The position numbers and the translations under genes were made by a program. A stretch of 64,000 nucleotides of DNA from an uncultured Rivularia sp. (GTDB lineage Bacteria > Cyanobacteriota > Cyanobacteriia > Cyanobacteriales > Nostocaceae). The notes below the pieces were generated by a model that had not been told where the DNA came from, searched no databases, and was given only the letters and a program-made list of their open reading frames with translations. This document shows positions 54,593 through 64,000 of this stretch, piece by piece (position 1 is the first letter of the stretch; each line of letters opens with the position of its first letter). The DNA lies in contig OY762007.1 in assembly GCA_963665115.1 (NCBI GenBank), positions 32,001 through 96,000 on the forward strand, in the 5' to 3' direction.

Positions 54593-54736
54593 CTAATATT
54601 ACGAAGTCCGGCGACCTCTTCTAGGGTGAGGGTGATTTAGCGCAGTCTCTGAATTACTATATTATGGAAAAGGTAAATAATTATTGTTGTCTATTAAGCT
54701 AGCAGATAACAAGCTGGAATATTGGGAGACTATTCG

Positions 54737-55822
54737 ATGACGGGGACTATTAACGAAAAACAACTGTCGAGAATAGTTTTAAAAGGTTTCAAGTCTATTG
54801 TCGAATGCGATATTGAACTCAATAAGATAAATGTTTTAATTGGTGCTAATGGAGCGGGAAAATCCAATTTTATCGGCTTTTTTCGCATGATGCAGCAGTT
54901 ACTTGAAGAAAATCTACAAGTTTTTGTCAGCCGTCAAGGTAGTCCCGATACACTACTACACTTTGGACGGAAAACAACGGAACAGCTAGAGTTTCGGCTA
55001 TATTTTGGTAATAAAGGCTATTTCGCAGCGTTAGCAGCAACTCAAGATAATCGCTTGATGTTTGTTGAGGAGTTTTTTTGGTGGAATTTAGCGGCAGAAT
55101 ATGAACTAGGAAAAGGTCATTTTGAGACAAAGGCTTTTTCTCTTACTGGGACAAGAATTCATGAGAATATTTTGTCTGCTATGCAGGGATGGAGGGTTTA
55201 TCATTTTCATGACACCAGCGATAGTGCTTATGTAAAACAGCGTCACGGTATTAATGATAATAATTATCTGCGTCCTGATGCGCGAAATCTTGCAGCTTTT
55301 CTTTATTTATTGCGCGAGAATTACTCTTCATCCTATCAGAAAATAGTCAAAACTATTAGACTTGTTGCACCGTTTTTTCGAGACTTTTACCTGCGTCCAT
55401 CACCACAAAATAACGAATTTATAGAACTCGAATGGTTTGAGCGGGGACATGATATTCCCTTCAAAGCACATTTACTTTCCGACGGTACGCTACGTTTTAT
55501 ATGTCTGACAACAGTTTTTTTACAACCAGAAGATTTTCAACCGGAGACAATATTAGTTGATGAGCCAGAACTTGGTCTTCATCCCTATGCTATTACGGTT
55601 TTGGCTTCGTTGATACGGACTTCTAAACAGGTAATTGTTTCTACTCAGTCAGTGGAATTGCTCAACGAATTTGATGCTTCAGATGTAATAGTTGTTGACC
55701 GTAATAGCGGTTGTTCTTCACTTCGCAGGTTGGAAGAGCGAGAGTTAGAGGAATGGCTAGAAGATCATAGCTTAGGAGAGCTTTGGAAGAAAAACCTTAT
55801 CGGAGGTAGACCTTCAAAATGA
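54737..55822 (+). CDS. ABC-type ATPase (AAA_15/AAA_21, OLD/AriA-like)
   Basis: GFKSI, GANGAGKSN, LSDGTLRF, ILVDEPELGLHP, VSTQS; ATG at 54737 (ORF open from 54722). Confidence 0.88.
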   Translation: MTGTINEKQLSRIVLKGFKSIVECDIELNKINVLIGANGAGKSNFIGFFRMMQQLLEENLQVFVSRQGSPDTLLHFGRKTTEQLEFRLYFGNKGYFAALAATQDNRLMFVEEFFWWNLAAEYELGKGHFETKAFSLTGTRIHENILSAMQGWRVYHFHDTSDSAYVKQRHGINDNNYLRPDARNLAAFLYLLRENYSSSYQKIVKTIRLVAPFFRDFYLRPSPQNNEFIELEWFERGHDIPFKAHLLSDGTLRFICLTTVFLQPEDFQPETILVDEPELGLHPYAITVLASLIRTSKQVIVSTQSVELLNEFDASDVIVVDRNSGCSSLRRLEERELEEWLEDHSLGELWKKNLIGGRPSK

Positions 55823-56469
55823 TTCGAGTTCACGTTTTTGTTGAAGGACAAACCGAAGAAACTTTTGTTAGAGAACTGCTCTATGAGTATTTTATAGATA
55901 AGAATATATACCTCAATCCAATCTTAGTAAGCACCAGTAAAACTGCTAAAGGTGGTGTAGTCAGTTATGCAAAAATCAAGCCGCAAATTAATCGCAAGTG
56001 TCTGGAAGATGCAAAAGCATTTGTCACCACAATGTTTGATATGTACGCTTTACCTAAAGACTTTCCCGGAAGCAGTTTGCTACCAAAAATCAATGAACCT
56101 TTGCAGAAAGCAGAATATTTAGAAAGGGAAATGGGTAAAGATATTGGACACAAAAATTTTATCCCTAATTTACTAGTTCATGAATTTGAAGGTTTGTTAT
56201 ACAGCAATCCACAAGCTTTTGCTGGGTGGTTTGATGAAAGTGCCGTAGTTACCTTGCAAGAAGAACGTAATGCTTTTTCTTCACCCGAACATATTAACGA
56301 TAGTCCCCTAACAGCACCATCAAAAAGAATTCGTAATTGCTGTAAGGGATACGATAAACCGCTGCATGGTTCCTTACTTGCTATAGATATTGGGCTAGAT
56401 ACAATCCGTTTTGAATGTCAGCATTTTAATCAATGGTTGCTGCGGATTGAAAATATAGTTGTAGCTTAA
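55819..56469 (+). CDS. DUF4276 family (Toprim-like) protein
   Basis: VFVEGQTEE, TMFDMY, VHEFEGLL, PEHIND..APSKRI, CQHFNQWL; ATGA overlap with the ATPase. Confidence 0.8.
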   Translation: MIRVHVFVEGQTEETFVRELLYEYFIDKNIYLNPILVSTSKTAKGGVVSYAKIKPQINRKCLEDAKAFVTTMFDMYALPKDFPGSSLLPKINEPLQKAEYLEREMGKDIGHKNFIPNLLVHEFEGLLYSNPQAFAGWFDESAVVTLQEERNAFSSPEHINDSPLTAPSKRIRNCCKGYDKPLHGSLLAIDIGLDTIRFECQHFNQWLLRIENIVVA

Positions 56470-56742
56470 ACAAGAGAATTTTTTACTTGCTTAATAATCG
56501 CTTCAATTAATATCTAACATCATTCATCATTCTCACAATCACCGGGGAATGAAATTAAGAGGCTAATAGCTGGCATTCCTATAAATAGCACTAGGCAAGA
56601 ATTTTAGTCTTCTTTAGAAGACTTTGTATGTAAGCCTGGGAATTTATTCCAAGGCGGTTGTTGAGAATGGTGCAAGATGTGAAATGAATCGGACTGTTTT
56701 TTGTAGGGTTTGATTTTTTGATTTAAAAACGATAGCTCAATG

Positions 56743-57359
56743 ATTTTAATCCCCTTTCGGGGCAAAGGTATCGGAAAGTTTTTGGCGTATTAACTGGTGG
56801 AGCTGGCTTTGCAATAAGGTTTCCATCCCCTTTCGGGGCAAAGGTATTGGAAAGCTGTAAATATGTATATTAAGGAAGAAGGGTGCTTGAGAGTTTCCAT
56901 CCCCTTTCGGGGCAAAGGTATCGGAAAGTGTTAGTGCGGTTGAAAAATTTAGTATCCAATGGTTTCCATCCCCTTTCGGGGCAAAGGTATTGGAAAGCTG
57001 TAAATATGTATATTAAGGAAGAAGGGTGCTTGAGAGTTTCCATCCCCTTTCGGGGCAAAGGTATCGGAAAGGGTGGTAGTGTTGGAAATGTTGAAGGCTC
57101 CTCAGCCAAGTTTCCATCCCCTTTCGGGGCAAAGGTATCGGAAAGAAAAGGGATGGGCTAGTAATAGCCTGGTTGGTTAAGTTTCCATCCCCTTTCGGGG
57201 CAAAGGTATCGGAAAGTCCAACAATGTCATAGACAAAGTTGGATGTGAGTTAGGGTTTCCATCCCCTTTCGGGGCAAAGGTATCGGAAAGTGAGCATGAA
57301 AACTATAATTCACATTTCTAAAAGTTTCCATCCCCTTTCGGGGCAAAGGTATCGGAAAG
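56743..57359 (-). CRISPR. CRISPR array, 9 repeats (36 bp) / 8 spacers (33-40 bp), no cas genes in window
   Basis: GTTTCCATCCCCTTTCGGGGCAAAGGTATCGGAAAG at 56743 (degenerate), 56819, 56893, 56962, 57036, 57110, 57181, 57255, 57324. The degenerate copy at left implies minus-strand transcription (CTTTCCGATACCTTTGCCCCGAAAGGGGATGGAAAC). Confidence 0.97.
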
Positions 57360-57560
57360 AGTTCACTTCTGGAACCCTTACACAGAGGGCATTTGAGATA
57401 CCCCAATCGACACACTCCGAAAAAATGGAGAAATTTTTCGAGAAAACGGTCATTTTTGTCGCTTGAAACCCTTACTGGGTAAGCAATCGACACACTCCAA
57501 CGAAGTTATAGGGTTTTCAAGGTTCTGAGCTAGTGTGTCGATTTAGTTCGACTTCTAACT
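57360..57560 (-). promoter_or_regulatory. CRISPR leader
   Basis: Adjacent to the non-degenerate end; CAATCGACACACTCC at 57404 and 57484, inverted AGTGTGTCGATT at 57532. Confidence 0.7.
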
Positions 57561-57798
57561 AACTCAAGTAAGATACATTAGCTACTGATATTTATCAAGC
57601 TATAAATCAAAAAAGTTTACATGGTCAGAATTTTATTGTTAATACATAAGTTAAAATCATGCTAATTAAGGCGATCGCCAGCAATCTACTTATGAATCAA
57701 AAACCTACCAATAATTAAGATAAATTTAAACTCGGATTGAGCAATTGCCGTCGTAAAAGCATCCGTTGTAAAAACTAATCTACCCGTTATTAAAACCA

Positions 57799-58837
57799 AT
57801 GCATCCGTTGCTAAAATTTTTCTCACCAATAATTGCCATATTATCGGCTTTAATAGTCGGTGCAATTCTAATTTTAATAGCTGGTGCAAATCCCATCGCA
57901 GCATATACAGCACTTTTTCAAGAATCGCTTTTCGATTATTTTGGTTTTGGCAATACTTTAACTAGAATGACTCCTTTATTATTTACCAGTTTGGGAGTTT
58001 TGATCGCGTTAAAAGCCGGACAATTTAACATTGGTGGGGAAGGACAAATTTATTTGGGTGCTTTGGGAAGTACTTTAGTTGGTTTGTATTTTCAAAGTTT
58101 ACCAGCATTTATTCATGTACCTTTGGCATTGCTGGTAGGATTTTTATTTGGTGGAATTTGGGGTTGGATTCCCGGTTATTTAAAAGCAATCAAGGGTGTA
58201 AATGAGATAATTACAACTTTGTTGCTCAACTATATTGCGGTGAATTTAATTAGTTACTTGGTGCAAAATCCCCTCAAAGCAGAAAACGCACCCAGCCCTT
58301 ATTCACCATTGATTGCCAAATCTGCTCAATTACCAATGTTGCCGGGAAATTTGGCTCATAGCGGTATTTTCTTAGGCTTATTAGTCGCAGTAATTTTATG
58401 GATATTATTGCAGCGTACACCTTTGGGTTATCAAATAACAGCAGTGGGATTTAACTCGATAGCTTCTAACTACGCGGGAATTTCCGTAAAACGAACCATT
58501 ATTTTAGTAATGGCTGCTTCGGGTGGATTAGCTGGATTAGCAGGTAGTTGTGAAGTCATGGGCTTGAAATATCGGTTATTTGAAGAAATTTCCCCCGGTT
58601 ATGGATTCGACGCGATCGCAATTGCCTTTCTCAGTCGTGGTAACGTTTTGGGAGTAGTTTTAGCTTCCTTATTTTTTGCAGCATTGCGGAGTGGAGCCAA
58701 TGTCATGCAGCGTAGCGCCGGTGTTTCCGGTAACGGTAGTTTTGGCGATTCAGGGGTTGACAGTGTTGTTTATTGCCATTGGTTTAGCATTGGAAAACAG
58801 AGATGGGGAGAGGGGGGAGAGGGGGGAGAGGGGGTAG
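57799..58837 (+). CDS. ABC transporter permease 1 (frameshift at 58724-58726)
   Basis: FNIGGEGQ, VNEIITTLLLNY, GYGFDAIAIA; removing one T gives AGVPVTVVLAIQG and a stop at 58835-58837. Confidence 0.9.
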
Positions 58838-59274
58838 AGGGGGTAGAGGGGGGAGATGGGGAGACAAGGAATTATCCAAATATTCGTAGTGGGAGCATCT
58901 TGCTCCCTTGCAGTTTTCTAAACTAAAAAAACCAATCCCCAATCCCCAATTACCAATTACCAATCCCCAATTACCAATTACCAATTACCAATTACCAATT
59001 ACCAATTACCAATTACCAATTCCCAATTACCAATTACCAATCCCCAATTACCAATTACCAATCCCCAATTACCAATTACCAATTACCAATTACCAATTAC
59101 CAATTACCAATCCCCAATTACCAATTACCAATTACCAATTACCAATTACCAATTACCAATTACCAATTACCAATTACCAATTACCCATTACCAATCCCCA
59201 ATCCCCTCTACCCCCTCTACCCCCTCTACCCCCTCTCCCCCCTCTCCCCCAACTCCCCCCTCTCCCCCTCCCTC
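58803..59274. repeat. STRR block: 9-mer GGGGAGAGG arm, (CCAATTA/CCAATCC)n, complementary CCCCTCTMC arm
   Basis: Direct reading of the tandem units. Confidence 0.9.
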
Positions 59275-60207
59275 ATGAATAACAATTTAGCTTTCTTCAC
59301 AGATTACCTCGCATCAAGCATCCGTTTAGCTGTTCCTCTTGCCTTCGCGGCTTTGGGTGGGATGTATTCGGAGCGTGCAGGTATATTAAATATTGCTTTG
59401 GAGGGGATGTTATTAACTGGGGCTTTTACTAGTGCTGCGGCAACTTTTTACTCTGGTAATCCTTGGTTGGGCGTAATATCTGCTGTTGTTGCTGGAGGTT
59501 TGGTGGGGTTGCTTCATGCTTTTTTGTGTGTGAGTTTGCGGGTTAATCAGTTGGTGTCTGGATTGGCGATTAATTTGGTAGCGTCTGGGTTAACGTCATT
59601 TTTGGCGAGGTTGGTGTTTAATAGTGGTAGCAATCAAAGATTAGCGGGAATTGAAGCAATTATCATTCCTGGATTTGCTAATATACCTTTGATTGGGAAG
59701 CTCCTATTTCAACAAGATCTCTTCGTATATTTACTGATTATTTTAATTGCTTTTAGTATATATTTTCTGTTTCATACCAGCCCTGGATTAACTTTGCGTG
59801 CTGTGGGAGAATATCCCCAGGCTGCCGATACTGCGGGAATTTCTGTATTCAAGGTGCGTTATTTGGCTGTTATCGCAAGTGGTTGTTTGGCTAGTTTGGG
59901 AGGAGCTTACTTGAGTTTAGTACAGGTAAAATATTTTGCTGAAGGCATGAGTTCGGGAAAAGGGTTTATTGCGATCGCAGCTTTAATTTTTGGTAAATGG
60001 CATCCTCTAGGTACTAGTTTGGCGAGTTTATTATTTGGTGCTACAGAAGCTTTACAGTTAAGAATTCAAGCTTTAGGCGTAAATATACCCTATCAATTTT
60101 TAATTATGCTGCCTTATGCAGTGGCATTAATAGCTTTAGTTGGTTTTGTGAAAAAATCCCCACCTCCCGCAGCTTTAGGTATTCCTTATAATCAAGAACG
60201 AAAATAA
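59275..60207 (+). CDS. ABC transporter permease 2
   Basis: SERAGILNIALEG, LRAVGEYPQAADTAGI, GKGFIAIAALIFGKWHP. Confidence 0.93.
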   Translation: MNNNLAFFTDYLASSIRLAVPLAFAALGGMYSERAGILNIALEGMLLTGAFTSAAATFYSGNPWLGVISAVVAGGLVGLLHAFLCVSLRVNQLVSGLAINLVASGLTSFLARLVFNSGSNQRLAGIEAIIIPGFANIPLIGKLLFQQDLFVYLLIILIAFSIYFLFHTSPGLTLRAVGEYPQAADTAGISVFKVRYLAVIASGCLASLGGAYLSLVQVKYFAEGMSSGKGFIAIAALIFGKWHPLGTSLASLLFGATEALQLRIQALGVNIPYQFLIMLPYAVALIALVGFVKKSPPPAALGIPYNQERK

Positions 60208-60296
60208 TTAAAAAAAGCAATTGTTAGTAATTAGGAGATGCTTGAATAAATATCTTCCAATGCCCAATGCCCAATTATCAATTACCCAAATTCAAT

Positions 60297-61169
60297 ATGA
60301 CTTGGTTTTTCTTCGCAATTTCCACAGCTTTCCTCGAATCAGTCAGGGATATTTTTAATAAAAAGACAGTTTCCGTAATTGACGAATACATTCTAGTTTT
60401 TTCTTTCAATCTATTAACCGCCATATTTGCTTTTCCGCTATTATTTATTAATGATATTCCAACTTTCGACAATCGCTTTTTATCTGCTGTAATTGCTATC
60501 GGAATTTTAAACACCATTTCGTATTTACTTTTTTTCAAAGCCATCAAAGCATCAGATTTATCAATAGTTGCTCCTATAACTACATTAAGTCCGATATTTC
60601 TTTTAATTACATCTCCGCTTCTTGTCGGTGAATTTCCTAACGCTGTCGGTATTTTGGGAATATTTATCATTGTGATTGGTGCTTATGTATTGAAATTCCA
60701 AGATAAAACCAGCGGATATCTAGCTCCTTTTAAATCGTTATTCAAAGAAACTGGATCAAGATTAATGTTTTTGGTGGTATTAGTATGGAGTATTACCGCC
60801 AATGTTGATAAAATTGGCGTACAAAATTCCTCACCAATTATGTGGACAGTTGCCGCACATTTCAGCGTAGCTGTATTTACTTTACCGATAGTATTTTTGA
60901 AATCAAAACCAAATATTCAAAGTATTAAATCTAATTCGCGAAACTTGATTTTAATTGGTTTTATAAATACCTTGGCAATCTTATGTCAAATGAGTGCATT
61001 ACAACTCGCTCTCGTATCCTTCGTAATTGCAGTTAAACGTACCAGTGCTTTGTTTAATGTTTTATGGGGTTGGTTAATTTTTAAAGAGCAAGGTATCAAA
61101 GAAAGAATAGCCGGTTCAATTATCATGATTGTAGGAGTTGTAGTGATAACTTTGTCGAAAATGGTTTAG
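60297..61169 (+). CDS. EamA/DMT family transporter
   Basis: About 10 TM helices, DLSIVAPITTLSP, IAVKRTSALF; ATG at 60297. Confidence 0.88.
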   Translation: MTWFFFAISTAFLESVRDIFNKKTVSVIDEYILVFSFNLLTAIFAFPLLFINDIPTFDNRFLSAVIAIGILNTISYLLFFKAIKASDLSIVAPITTLSPIFLLITSPLLVGEFPNAVGILGIFIIVIGAYVLKFQDKTSGYLAPFKSLFKETGSRLMFLVVLVWSITANVDKIGVQNSSPIMWTVAAHFSVAVFTLPIVFLKSKPNIQSIKSNSRNLILIGFINTLAILCQMSALQLALVSFVIAVKRTSALFNVLWGWLIFKEQGIKERIAGSIIMIVGVVVITLSKMV

Positions 61170-61220
61170 AAGGGAATGAGGAATGGGGCATGGGGCATGG
61201 GAAATTGATAATTGAATAAA

Positions 61221-61347
61221 CCCGGCGGTTGAAACCGCGTCTACACAGGCAAAACCTGCCTCCGCAGGTTATAAGAGGTAATTGATAATTGAATAAATCC
61301 GGCGATTGAAACCGCGTCTACACAGGCAAAACCTGCCTCCGCAGGTT
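61221..61347. repeat. Two tandem REP-like units between convergent genes
   Basis: CCGGCGRTTGAAACCGCGTCTACACAGGCAAAACCTGCCTCCGCAGGTT x2. Confidence 0.8.
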
Positions 61348-61383
61348 AACAGAGGTAATTGATAATTGATAATTGTTAACTGA

Positions 61384-62874
61384 TTAAGGTAGCCAGAAAT
61401 CGGGAACAACCGATTTAACAATTCCCCGCACGGTATTGTTAATTGTTCTGCCTATTTGTATATGTGGTTCGTCTGCTTCTACTGGTAAAATATTCGCATT
61501 TGCGCCTTTTCCTAAATAATCAACTACTAAATTCGCAGCTTCTAAACCTGTAACAAAAGCCTTTTCTTGGGACCAAGATCCATGACGGCTGGTAATCCAA
61601 TCACCGCTCATAAATACGTTATTAAATGTGGTTTTTGCTGGCAACATATGGCGATAGCTGCCGGGTGAAAAGTGTGTTACGGCTTGGGGTAAACGAATGA
61701 CGCTGCTGTCAATTACTTTGGCATTGGCAAATTCCGGTACGCAAGTTGCTAAATATTTTTGGACTATAGGAATTATCTCTTCATCGCTCAAAAGAATAAA
61801 TTGATTGGCATGATAAAAATCAACTTCTACAACTGTTCCCGGCTCGTCTCTATATTCATCGTGGAGCGCGTTTAAATCAAAAAATGTCCATCCGGTGGTT
61901 TCATCGAAGCCAAAACAAGCGTTAGATGGAAGAGGAATATTGATTTTGCGATCGAACCATAAACGAGTTGCTAATACGTCAATTGCGTTTAAATTCTTTA
62001 AATTACGGAATTCTTCACGACTTTGCAAACTTTCGCTGTTAGAAACAATCTTCTTCATTCCACTAATACCGACGCTAAAAACTACGGCATCGGCTTCAAA
62101 AACTTCATCGCCACAAACTACACTTTTAACTTGATTCCCATCAGTAACTAAATCGGTAACTCGTTTATTTGCAAGTATTTTTCCCCCAGCTTGTTCAATT
62201 TTCTCTACCCAAGGACGAAAAATTTGTTCTCCAACGGTACCCCGACACCAAACCACATCAAAATCTGGTTGATGCGCCAAAATAAAGTAGTAGAGCATTC
62301 CTAAAGTTGCCGCCGCCGAACATTGTTCCCCCGGTGCAAATAAACCCACCAGCAACATTGGCTCAAATGATTCGTGATAAAGTCGTGCCGAAACACCAAA
62401 CTGTTTAAACAATTCCCGCGCCGTGACATAATCGTAACGTCGCCAAGCAGCATCGGAATTATCAAAATCTATGAGAGCGTAGAGCAAAGGTAAAGCGCTG
62501 ATTCGATCGACTAACGGCAACCTTTTAAACTTGGTATAAATAAAAGTTCCTAAAGGAGTGGGGAGCTTGGGTAAATCTTGAAAAATTGGAGACTCAACCT
62601 CTAAACCTGCGGGAGAATACTGAGATGAACGAGTCCAAGTTGTGAAAGGATTAATATTTAGCTCATTTATTAAAGCAAAAATATTTCTATAAGGATACCA
62701 AAATCCGTGAATACCCGCTTCAACAGATTTGCCTTTCTCAGTTTTCCAACCAGCAACTAAACCCCCTGGATAAGAGCCAGCTTCCAGAAGCGTTACATCA
62801 TAACCTTGTTTGGCTAAATGGTGAGTTGCACCCAAACCAGCCCAACCAGCACCAACTACTACTACTTTTTTCAT
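61384..62874 (-). CDS. FAD-dependent oxidoreductase (amine oxidase / carotenoid desaturase-like)
   Basis: VVVVGAGWAGL, LEAG..GG, EAGIHGFW, MSGDW..SQEKA. Confidence 0.88.
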   Translation of the reverse strand: MKKVVVVGAGWAGLGATHHLAKQGYDVTLLEAGSYPGGLVAGWKTEKGKSVEAGIHGFWYPYRNIFALINELNINPFTTWTRSSQYSPAGLEVESPIFQDLPKLPTPLGTFIYTKFKRLPLVDRISALPLLYALIDFDNSDAAWRRYDYVTARELFKQFGVSARLYHESFEPMLLVGLFAPGEQCSAAATLGMLYYFILAHQPDFDVVWCRGTVGEQIFRPWVEKIEQAGGKILANKRVTDLVTDGNQVKSVVCGDEVFEADAVVFSVGISGMKKIVSNSESLQSREEFRNLKNLNAIDVLATRLWFDRKINIPLPSNACFGFDETTGWTFFDLNALHDEYRDEPGTVVEVDFYHANQFILLSDEEIIPIVQKYLATCVPEFANAKVIDSSVIRLPQAVTHFSPGSYRHMLPAKTTFNNVFMSGDWITSRHGSWSQEKAFVTGLEAANLVVDYLGKGANANILPVEADEPHIQIGRTINNTVRGIVKSVVPDFWLP

Positions 62875-63133
62875 CAGAAAACATTTAAGAGTGAACAGTT
62901 AGCAGTAATCATATTATTTTAGGTTGCCCTTGGGAAAGCTTTCAGGATTTACCTCTTGCCATATTTTATTTATTGCAAGATAATACAGGATATATTTAGA
63001 TGAAAAATTCCAGTATTTTTATTTGTTTTAAAACGCGGTTTATAATGATTTTTGTCCGTTATTTTTTATTTGCTAACCTTTACCAAATATGAATTTTAGC
63101 TTTGAGTCAAATGCTAATACTTAACTATATATA

Positions 63134-64000
63134 ATGATAAAATTAGCAGAATTATTAAAGATATTTCAAGAGAAGAAACCAATATTAGTCACAAGTATAA
63201 TTATTATAGCTTCGATAACTATCTTACTATTTTTACTCCCGCAGCTATATAAATTTGACTGGATTGGATTTGGAACTGTTTCAGATATCTATATAAGTGA
63301 CGAAGAAGCAATAAATTTTAAAACTGGCAATATTGTCACACTTCACAAAAAAACCGAACATATAAAATCGGCGAAAAAGCTTTGGGATTGGCTGGAATTG
63401 CTGGGAATTCCAGTTTTATTAGTTATTTTAGGTACTCAATTTCAAATTAACGAAAAAAAGCTAGCAGAAGAAAAAGCTAGAACTGAAAAAGAACGAATTG
63501 ACGAACAAGTAAAAGCCGAAAAAGAGCGAGTTGAGGAACAAGTTAAAGCTGAAAAACAACGAGCCGACGAACAAGCAAAAGCTGAAAAAGAAAAAACAAC
63601 TAATATTTTAAACGAAGAAGCCTTGCAAGCTTATATCGATCGGATGTCAGAGTTATTGATTGATAAAAACTTAAAATCTTTGTCTCCGAAAGATCCTTTA
63701 CGAGAAGCAGCATTAGATGTTGCCCGTGCTAGAACTTTGTCAGTATTGCGGAGATTGGATATACACGGAGAAAGAAAAGGAAGCATTATTCGGTTTTTAA
63801 TTAATGCAGAATTTATCAATGAATTGCAGCTAGATTCGAGTTATGCCAAGCTCAATGGTGCTGACTTTAGTAATACCAAACTTAACGGTGTCGATTTGAA
63901 TGGTGCCAACTTAGTCGAAGCTAAAAACTTAACTATAGAACAAATTAAACAAGCTAAAAACTGGAAAAAAGCGGTATATACTCCTGAATTTAATAATCAA
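63134..64000 (+). CDS. Membrane-anchored pentapeptide repeat protein (runs off window; absent from ORF track)
   Basis: Open frame from ATG 63134; KLWDWLELLGIP, EEALQAYIDRMSELL, ARARTLSVLR, AKLNGADFSNTKLNGVDLNGANL. Confidence 0.85.
   Translation, partial: MIKLAELLKIFQEKKPILVTSIIIIASITILLFLLPQLYKFDWIGFGTVSDIYISDEEAINFKTGNIVTLHKKTEHIKSAKKLWDWLELLGIPVLLVILGTQFQINEKKLAEEKARTEKERIDEQVKAEKERVEEQVKAEKQRADEQAKAEKEKTTNILNEEALQAYIDRMSELLIDKNLKSLSPKDPLREAALDVARARTLSVLRRLDIHGERKGSIIRFLINAEFINELQLDSSYAKLNGADFSNTKLNGVDLNGANLVEAKNLTIEQIKQAKNWKKAVYTPEFNNQ

Noticed and set aside
54737..56469. ATPase/DUF4276 as known cas genes
   Set aside because: No Cas1/2/3/6/7/10, RuvC or HEPN motifs recognised; any CRISPR link remains a hypothesis.
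56870..57493. Short ORFs over the CRISPR array
   Set aside because: Products of the repeats; no cas-like motifs.
1..64000. tRNA, rRNA, intact transposase, integrase or prophage genes
   Set aside because: None recognised by eye; a covariance-model scan would be needed to exclude small ncRNAs.

Overview
AT-rich chromosomal window from a filamentous, probably heterocystous (Nostocales-like) cyanobacterium. This is supported by many HIP1 octamers (GCGATCGC), long heptamer STRR arrays, REP-like palindromes and MITEs. Genes include an aspartyl protease, an acyltransferase, a macrodomain protein, a vanadium haloperoxidase / 4Fe-4S membrane protein / FHA-flavin reductase cluster, an EF-G paralog, an LCP protein, two P450s, a NACHT-HEAT-caspase fusion, an RTX amidase, an MsrP-like oxidoreductase and a REC-EAL protein. 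A decaying redox/regulatory/metal region spans about 26.8-40.7 kb, followed by a Ser/Thr-His hybrid kinase and ftsW. A BMP-type ABC transporter operon is split by a haemagglutinin-like gene, an ABC-ATPase+DUF4276 (Toprim-like) pair and a cas-less 9-repeat CRISPR array. Seven otherwise intact genes carry 1-2 nt homopolymer frameshifts, probably sequencing errors. Top leads: (1) the ATPase/Toprim + orphan CRISPR insert, bracketed by a 68-bp duplication of the permease; (2) the haloperoxidase redox cluster; (3) a four-helix-bundle gene between inverted heptamer arrays, with gene-less look-alike elements; (4) the NLR-like NACHT-HEAT-caspase. All family assignments come from motif recognition by eye; no searches were run.
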